Assembly: GCF_009914755.1 (NCBI RefSeq)
Contig: NC_060937.1
Strand: one strand, 5' to 3'
Length of the DNA: 64,000 bases
Source: the human T2T-CHM13v2.0 reference genome, Homo sapiens
Shown here: in pieces, positions 54,231 to 64,000 of the stretch
Numbering within the stretch: position 1 is the stretch's first letter
How the letters are laid out: each line of letters opens with the position of its first letter
Notes under the pieces: generated by a model
The model's database searches: none
Seen by the model: the letters and a program-made list of their open reading frames with translations, nothing else
Told to the model about the DNA's origin: nothing
Translations under genes and position numbers: made by a program

Positions 54231-56659
54231 AAGTCCTGATTAATTTACTTATTTCATAGTTTTATAATTTCATAAGTAAGTATTTCATATTTCATCATTT
54301 AAGTAAATTAATTAATTAAAATGTTGTTTGGTAAAATAGAGAATCAGAGCAAAAGGAGGTAGTATATGAAGGTATGTCAAACTTGCTAAGCGTTGGTAAC
54401 TTCAATGCATCATACTTCTCCATTACAAGGATGAATCCAGTCCACAGATTAGATTTGTCTATTTGCTACGGCATCCCCTACCCAGGAAACATATTAGAAA
54501 ATAGTTACTCTGTAATTCACCTTTTCCCAAACTCTTTGAGGACTATAGTCTTTCTCTTTGCTCTTGTTAGGTCACCCTTCTTTATTTATTTTCAAATCTT
54601 GGTTAATGGCCTCACCATCTAATTTGTCAACCTAGCTGGATCCTAAGATATCTTTAACTTCTTCCTGTACCTTATTCCTCTCCCTGACAAGTAGAACCTT
54701 GGGATGCCAATTCAGATGTAATATCCAGGAAACTTAAATGGACCCCAAATATGGGGCATTATTTGTGGTGGCATTCGCAAGGGAGTGGTCCAAGAAACAG
54801 TGAATCAGAGAGCTGGGTAAATTTCCAAAGGAAGTATCACATGAGGGGGCTAGATGAGTGACGTTCATACCATCTGTGAAATGTTGTAAAATACAGATGC
54901 CCAAGCTTCTCCACAGACATGTTCATCAAAAAATGCTTCCCTCAAATTCATCAGTGACTTCCTTACCACTAAATCCAATGGGCATTTTTTTAACCTCATC
55001 TTGACTGAACTCTCAGCAGAATTTGACACTCGGAGGAAAAGCTCTGCTGGGCTTCTTTGGCACTATGCTCTGCTGTTCCCTTCTTCCTCTCTGGCCAAGG
55101 CTTCCAGTCTCCTTTTCCGGCTTTTACGCTGTTTAGTCTTCAAATGTTGATGTTCCTTGAAGCTTGCTTTTTGTCTTTTCTTGCTCCACAAACTTTCTCT
55201 GACAATATCATATCTTCACTTACTGTATACATGCCAAAGACTTCTACAAATATATCTTCAGATTTAATATGCTCTTCTGAGCATATTAAGTCAGGTTAAT
55301 AAATGCTCGTTGAATTCACAAATGACAAACATTTCAAAAATGCATAGTTACTTTCTCTTCTACCTCATTTTAGATTAGTACATTCTTGGTGACATGGAAA
55401 TCACCCTTATATCATAATCTATATCTCCAATTCTTTATTTCTATAATCAGTAAATCGCACACCGAGTTTGAAAATCGGTATAAACTTTAATAGAAAGAGT
55501 TTCTCTTCAATGATCTGTCTTCTTTTTGACTTGCAAATTAGTCATCTCACATATTATTTATCCCATTGTATTTAGTATAATAATTTGCACATAGAGTTCA
55601 GTGAAAATGTATTATATGTTTGATTTTGTTTATTCCTTAATTTCCCTAGAGGAGGCCAAAGTAAAATTTGAGGTATTTCTATTTGGTATAATCTGATGTA
55701 ATTTTGTATGGATTGATCCCACATAACAACATCTTCCAATTTGTACCTTTTTGCTTTGGACTGTTCAACTTTGGGCTATATTCTCTCTGGAAACTAAAAA
55801 TACCACAAGTGATTGTTGCAGAAAAATAGTATATGGCTTTGACAAGCATAATAACTGAAATCAAGCAATTAGAGACTGTCATAACTGCACAGAAACTGTA
55901 TAGAAAATAAACTACTTATAAATATCTACATAGCCAATGGTTTTAAATGAATATTTCAGTACGAAAGTGTTTGCCTTTTTATGTATCTTACTCTGCTTCT
56001 TATCTTGTCTCATTTCTTCTAGTCATAATCCTCCCTTTGTACTTTTACAGAGTAATTCAGAAAAGAGATATCCTTTCTTTTAATAATGTTGAACTATAAA
56101 GAGTCTCCCCAAAACTACCTCTAACGCGTAATCATTTCTGTTTTAGAACATCTTGTTTACCCACAGTCAGGAGAGGCAGAATTCCAAAATAAAAGATTTT
56201 TTAAAAAAATAAATTGACTGGTATAATAAGAGTGAACTCAAACCATTTCAGAATTCTACTTTGTCTCTTTATGCTCAGTGTAGATGTTGGGACTGGAGTG
56301 TTGACAAAGAGCCTATGTATAAATTCTTCCTTCAATTTTTTTCCAGAATAGGAACTGCCCTAGATCAGCAGGGTTAAAACTTTACAGACAATTAGTCAGA
56401 TGTGAAAGGAAACGTAGCCTTGGTTTATCTATCTCCTGAGCTCCTACTCAGTGGAGAAATATAGGGGAAGATGAGACCGGTGAGTGACACGGGGATCTTA
56501 ATCAGTTATTGTAATATGCTCTAACCTGTTTTAAGTAAGTCCCTTTCAATATTTTTTTTCCTTTGAGATAATCCATTTCATTTCCAACTCTTTTCTCAAA
56601 ATGACATCTTGGGGCAGTTTATTTTTAGCTGTAAGAGCCAACAAGTACACCCTTCACCT

Positions 56660-58840
56660 CAGAAATGAGGTAACAGAACTCGGGGAAAATAAATGAGAAA
56701 AATCATTTCAGAAATGCAGACTAAACTAGAAGCAACACAGAGCATCACAACAGTGATGGTGTAAGAGAAATGGAAGGACAACAAGAATACATTTTTTAAA
56801 TTGAAAAGAAATGTAGAGATAAAAAGAATTAAAAAAAAAATAACAAATATTAAAATTAGGCAAAGGATCCATTTTATAGGTAATAGGAATCCCAGAAGAA
56901 GAAACCCAAAATAAAAAAACACAATAAATACTAAAAAATATAATTCATGAAAACTTTCTTAAAATTAAAAGATATGTTTGAAACTATATACTGAAGGGGC
57001 CACCATGTATTTGAGAATAATGACCCATAATGACCAACATCAAGTCATGTTTCAGTAAAATTACTAGACTTTAAAGAGAAAGAAAAAACACTGCAGTCAT
57101 CTAGATAAAACCAGTATATTTCTGATGGCAAGTAAATTGCCATCAGAATTCCAGAATTTTTAGCAGCAATACATATGCCAGAGAAAGTAGAATAACAGAT
57201 TTTAGACACTCAAGGAAAACTGAACCAATTATTATATAACCAGCTAAACTGACTTTCAAATATAAGGGCAATAAACTATTTGACATGGCAAGAACTTAGG
57301 AAATACTATTTGCATGAGCCTTTACTGAAGAATATACTAAAGAATGAACTTCAAATTTGATTGAGAAACATCAAAATAAGGACTGGTGAATATTAAATAT
57401 GCATTTACTTGTAGAGCTAAATTATATTTAGGATAAAAAGGAAAGAGAACAACATACAATGTCTACATGTTCAGGCAGCATAGATTTTATATAATTGCAA
57501 AGAGTAGAGGATGATAGGGAGCACATCTGCAAAAACAATTTTAACTGGTGGTGGTAGAACAGTATTACTGTAGATATTCTTATCTTAGACTGTGTGTGCA
57601 ATGAGGAAAAAAGAAAATAAATACTTATGAAATTTCTAATTTGATTATTCCTCAAGTCCTTGAGAACCAGGATTCTTAGATTCTCAGTATGGAAAAACAA
57701 GATACAGGTACTAAGAGCCTAGAAACACCCAGATTATGGTATTAAAATACCCTTTCTACCCAAAGAGGCTTGAATATCTTTGAGGAAGTGACTGATTCCA
57801 AGTCCGAGGCAGAAAATGAACAAGATGCACTTTGTTATACCAGATAGCAAGGAGGCTATCAAAGACTACTAGGGCCATGTCAAAAATACTGAGAAACTGA
57901 CTTGAAGAGGCTCCCACTGGCCAAAGAAGGAACAAGTGAGCTTCAAAGGGATAATTGCAATCATAGACCCATTAAATCAATGAGTTTATAATAACATTTT
58001 TTAACCCAAATTGTTGTTCACCTTCAGAAAATGATAGAAAATCAATTCATCTTGAAAACTATTAAATAAATGGAAAGAAAAAAGTATCATCCTGTCTTTC
58101 TGTATGAACTAGTCCACTCCATAACCAAATTGCAGATGTGTGAAGTGTCTCCTTATAAAGAGTTTTACACTAAATAAACTGCAAGAAATAATAGAATTAA
58201 AATTTCACTATTTCCAAATCCCAGGGAAGTAATGAATCAAGGCATTGAGCATCAAGAGCTGCAACTACAGAAAGAAATGACCAGACATTATGTGCCTCTT
58301 CTCCACAGAACACACCACGGCCTACGGCCTTAGGAGAAAGGATTAAGCATGAATCTGATCAAGACTTTGGATCCAACTACCAATTTGCGGGAAATACACA
58401 GGATGGAGGAAGATGTTGACTCAAGCTATGATTATGTAATTTAAAAATCCACACTGTAGATAACTATTCAGGTCAAATGCAACAGATAAATTTTAAGAGG
58501 AAGAGATGGAGGGAAAACTAGAGATTAAGAGACTTAACAGCTGTTAATTTTTTAAATGGACAAGATTATACTGTCTATTGATGTACATTTAGATAATAAA
58601 AGTATTTAAATATTACACATGATTGATTGCCAGGTTAGCTTATTTTACCATATAAACAGAGTGGTGTATTATTGGGGAGGCAGGGATTAAGACTAGGGTA
58701 GACCTTATGGAGGGGCTTCTGGAGTAACTGGTGAAATTCTATTTCTTGACCTGATTGTTTGTCTTATAAGTCATTAAGCAAACATTTGTTTTGTAGCTTC
58801 TTTTGCATCTGGTTTACTTTTAAATATAAAAGTTTTTTAA
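56660..58840 (+). mobile_element. Old L1 (L1MC-type): ORF1-like segment followed by 3'UTR-like segment
   Basis: ORF1-like motifs (ATAGGAATCCCAGAAGAAG…GAAAACTTTC…CCAGCTAAACTGAC) to ~57350; L1MC 3'UTR-like motifs (GAGGCTCCCACTGGCCAAAG; GGGGCTTCTGG…ATTCTATTTCTTGACCTG). Confidence 0.6.
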
Positions 58841-59317
58841 AGTTTATGTGAGCATTCACTACTCTTTACTGCTTCTCTATTGTGCTATTAAGACAGACAT
58901 GGTGACTTCATGAAAAATATAAAACTGAAAAATTTTTTTACATTAAAAATTTGAGGCCAAAACCAGCTGAACAAGTAGGCATAAAGAAGATGTAAAGTTT
59001 TCATGAAAAGAACTTGGAAGTTTTCTTTTATAGTAAGCTTAAGGTGTATTAATATTTAGATAAGAAATTTCCCAGGCACTAACGTGGTCTTGGCACATTA
59101 ATAAAAATATAAAATCTAAAACAACAGAACAATCATTGCTCTCCCCACTCTGAATGGTTGAAGGCTATATACCTTCACAAGTACTCTGACAGGCAAGGGT
59201 GCTCAGAGACAGATGAGGGTGGGAAGGGTCTCACACCATATTATACAAGGAACAATGAGGCAATGAAAAATATTTATTCTGGAAAGACTAGACTGAAAGA
59301 CGTGACCATTAACTTCA

Positions 59318-59722
<405 letters not shown>

Positions 59723-59794
59723 ACATACACACAAACCAAGAATTTTCTGAGTGAGAAAATGTAGTGAATTACTTTTTAGAAAGTACAAAGTTCA

Positions 59795-60174
<380 letters not shown>

Positions 60175-60189
60175 TTAAGACACTTTTAT

Positions 60190-60830
60190 GGCTTCTGTGC
60201 CTTTTCCATTAAACTTCCCTGAACCCCTTCCAGATACTTCTTGTCCTTGGCAGCATTTCCATGAGTTGCATCTATCTTACCTACCATTCGAGCTAGGCCA
60301 TAATGGAGTGGAAATACACCATCCGTCTGCATATCATCCTTTTTTTCGGGGAAACATTCTACTTTCATTCAAGGTGGTCAATGTGAGGATGATGCTGACC
60401 ACACATTAGTTCCAGAGATGGGTATGTGACCCAAGATAGGCCAATGACAGGGCTCCAGCCCTATGCCCATAATAATGGTTTACTGAGATGGCCCCGTAAT
60501 CCTGACTGAGGCACAGTCTTCCCAAGGAATTTTCTGTCTGGGCTTTTTCTTCTTCTGGGATCTTGAGTCCTAAAGTCAATAAGTTTAAGCTGCTTTGAAA
60601 CACTTTTCTTGATTAGAAAAAGCTATCTACTATAGCAATTAAATGGACCAACAGTTGAAAGAAACAGAAGCAGATAAAGAGATTGAAAAATTAATTCTTT
60701 AGGTCCAAATGTACCTTAAGTATACCTAAATTTTGTAGTTACATAAATCAGTAAGTTTCTTTCTCTTTTCCTTTAAATCAATGTGAGTTCAGTTTGTCAC
60801 TTGCAACCAAAAGAATTCAGACTAATATGT
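60190..60830 (+). mobile_element. Old MLT1 LTR
   Basis: GTGACCCAAGATAGGCCAATGAC…TTTGTCACTTGCAACCAAAAGA…GACTAATA. Confidence 0.6.
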
Positions 60831-61442
60831 AGAGCATATCACAGTTGTACGTTTAATATAACGCTTTCTTGCATAATTGTGTTAATGAAACAAGATCTGA
60901 CAATAAAACTTTAAAGTGCAGACATTAGCGTTCAATTAACTCGGCCACATATTCATATGTTCAGTTGTTATTATGGAGAGTAAGATTTGGTTGAGGAATT
61001 AGAAATCGTTCATAGCATAAAGCTCTGATATCTGGATTGCAAAATTCTAATATCTGTAAGATGAATAAAATATAGTTCTTTCTGCTTGAGAAATGAGTGG
61101 CTTCTGCCTAATTTTGAATTTTTGCCTCATTATGTGCTCTGAATCAGTACTTTCACAAATGGAAAATATTAATTCTCATTAGAACCCATTTGAATTCTGA
61201 CAATAGCTGTGATTTGTATTTGCATCTGATTACACTCTACTAAAAGGAGCAAACTGGATGCAGCAGAGATGAAATCTGTTGAGTCCTGAAGAGTAAGGGA
61301 GTCTACAACAACGAGAAGGAGAGTCTGGTGAAACTGGAAGTGGGTGGGTGCCTGAACGCTGTCATATTTTCACCACCTGAATATATTACAAGAAATGTCA
61401 GCCTTTCTTGGCCCTGGATTCCCTGTGAAAGTAGGGTTTCTC

Positions 61443-61445
<3 letters not shown>

Positions 61446-61486
<41 letters not shown>
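61446..61486. repeat. (CA)n microsatellite
   Basis: ~20 CA units. Confidence 0.95.
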
Positions 61487-61490
<4 letters not shown>

Positions 61491-61929
61491 ATTGTAGCTC
61501 CTTAAATATCTAGAAGTCACTGGTCACATTTATTACTCAAATAATTTAAAGTATGATTCAAGAAGCGACAAAAGTGTCACTGTGTCTACAGATTTACTCA
61601 TTTCATCCATCCTTTTTAGTTACTCCAGGACTTCAACATCTTTAAAACAGGCATTCTATGGTTTATTAAAAACATTACATCCCAAATTTCTGATGGCTGT
61701 TTGAGATATTTTATACAGACATCTACAATATGTTTTTCCACATGCTGCTGGAAATAAAACGTTTTGCTTGAAGAAGCTTCAATACTGTCCTGATTCCTCT
61801 GGTTCTTGCATTAATTAATCTTCAATGAGCTTTTCAATAGCTCCAGTTCCAAAATCCTGCTGCATATCAGAGTTACTAAGGGACTTTCGTGAATTCAGTT
61901 GTGGAAATCCCTGCTGTAGAGCCTTGCCA

Positions 61930-62070
61930 CCCAAAGCAGCGTTGATGTCATCTGGGAGATAATTAGAAATGCAGACTCTCTGGCTCCATCCCGGACATAT
62001 TGAATCAAAATCCTCATTCAACAAGTTCCCCGGGTGACTTTTTGCAAATTGGTGACCGAGACGCCCTTAT
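61930..62070. mobile_element. MER5A
   Basis: TTAGAAATGCAGACTCTC…TGAATCA…AACAAGTTCCCC. Confidence 0.65.
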
Positions 62071-62763
62071 CTGCAAAGCATGGTCAACAGAACTGGTCCC
62101 CTTTCCCTCCATTCCTATTCCTATTATACAAAATTCTGACTTCTCCTTAATTACGAACATTCTATTGTAGACAAATTTGATTTGTTCTTCATCTGTACTT
62201 TATTCCAAACAGATTTTAAATTCTGTCTTAGACCACAGGTGAAAAATAAGACTTCAAACTTTTAAAAACTCCCCTTTATGTCTCATTCCTTTCCTGTTCC
62301 CCATAGGCCACTGAAGCCTCCTGAACACCATCTCCCCTTCCATATTTCACCTGTAGGTTCTACTTCGAGGGCTGTCTGATCTTAGCTGTGACATCATCAT
62401 TCCCTTCCTGCTACCTAAATTTAAAAATCCTCCCTTTCAAAGACTTCCCAGGCTCTTGCCAGCCTTTCATCTCTGTATGGGCCAGCTTTACTTTTAGATT
62501 ACATGGAGGCCTATTTTCCGGAGGCTCTCAAGCTAGACTCCATGATCTAGTCCAACTTCTAGATTTCATTTCCAGAAAATTGCCCACCAATCTCACTTTC
62601 TGTCAGTTCCTATCTGACTTCAAAACATCCGAATAAAAAAGGGAAATTCATCAATCACCTTGACATTGATCTTCCCACTGCTGGAGGCTTGGTGTTGCCC
62701 GAACCGCCTTCTTGAGGATCGTCGTTTTTTCCCCTTTCCAACTGGATATTTTGACATTACACA

Positions 62764-63172
62764 TGATAAAAGAAAAACTTCAGCCGAATTAAATTTAAAG
62801 GAGTTTCATCAAGCAATGAAAGATGTGCAACTCGGGCGGCCTCCCAAGCCAGAGTAGGCTCGGAAACTCCAGGACAGCCACAGCGGCAAGATCTATGGAG
62901 AAAAAAAGGGAAGTGACGTACAGAAAACGGAAGTAAGGTACAGAAACAGTAACAGTGGATTGGTTACAGGTTAACATTTGCTTTATTTTGAACATTTGAA
63001 CATGGTTCAAACAGTTGGCTACATTTGATTGGGCAAAACTCGGTGACAGCCACAAGCGTAGGCTACGGTCTATTTACACCTCCACTTGTTATAGTTCACG
63101 ATGTACAGAAAAACCTCTAGGCCGAATTTAAAGTAGGTAAGGAGTCAGCTTTAGGCTAAACTTGATTTAACA
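62764..63172 (-). mobile_element. MER57 (B-like) solo LTR
   Basis: Reverse strand starts TGTTAAATCAAGTTTAGCCTAAAGCTG; TSD CACA. Confidence 0.85.
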
Positions 63173-64000
63173 CACAGATGCAGTAGACAGCAAGCACAAA
63201 AGCAACAGTTGGCTTGTTCTAATGACAGCAGTAATGAGTAAGCACTGATTATCAGAGAATGAGGGTTGTTAGGAATGAATTCTGCCTAGTTTCTTCAATT
63301 TCTCAGTTCCTAAAGCTTTCACTGCCCCTCCCTTTCAGTCACCTCTCCCATGATCACCCCAAGGCCAGGTCATCATGGGGAATTATCGACCTCCAACACC
63401 CTGAACACCAATTTCCCACTGTTCTATCAAAAACATTTTACCTATGACACTCATATTCCCACATTCATGCCTGTTGACCCTAATTCAGGCTGAATCAACC
63501 AGAACATGAACTCAGCCTTTCAGCAGTTTCCACAGGAAATGAAATGACCTAAGAATGCCATCATTTCTGAAGTCATTACTGAAGACTTGTGGAATCATAG
63601 AGAAAAGTTACTTCACACATAGGACAGTGTTATGAAGGTGTTTTCTCTCCACACATCTGGCACTTAGCCCACAGACTCCACTCTCTGATAGCCCCTCCAC
63701 CCCTACTCAACATTTCACTCAAGTTCTCCCATCCCTTATGCAGGGCTAATTCACTCTACACCCAGCTCCTACCCCAAAAAAGCCAGAGAACCTATCAAAA
63801 CCAAAATTAGTGTCTGATATGCAGCAAGATTCCAGGAATGCAAAAAAAAAGAAAAAAAAACATATTGGTAGAAGATGAGACCAAACAGCAAAGAATGTGG
63901 AGCAACAGGGGAGGAGCTCAAAAAAAGAGAGTTTGCAAATAAATCCACTTGAAATCGAGGTCCATGAGCACTCTCTATACTTCATGTTGACCTAGATTTT

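Noticed and set aside
55679-55882. 67-aa minus ORF in AT-rich unique DNA
   Set aside because: No homology recognised and no coherent exon boundaries

Overview
Human/hominoid genomic DNA, repeat-rich, with no intact conventional protein-coding gene, tRNA, rRNA or CRISPR array that I can support. It holds a MER41-type and a full MER4A1 non-autonomous provirus nested in old L1s, a 5.14-kb HERV-H provirus with LTR7 (LTR7up-like) LTRs inserted in an MST (MaLR) provirus, a minus-strand RPL5 processed pseudogene, a young L1PA2 3' end, about 13 Alus and many older LTR/LINE/DNA elements. From memory only (unverified), the peptides fit human 13q14.3 between C13orf42/LINC00371 and FAM124A. I did not find a clearly new biological system. 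The best unexplained signals are: a pri-miRNA-like hairpin (29791-29885); a templated insertion inside an Alu copied from 2.5 kb away; a copy of host 5' flank embedded before the MST 3' LTR; an RPL5 retrocopy with a new in-frame ATG and an LTR-derived splice donor in phase with downstream exon-like segments; and a cassette exon between inverted MER4A1 LTRs. Repeat subfamily names are from recalled consensus sequences and need RepeatMasker/Dfam confirmation.
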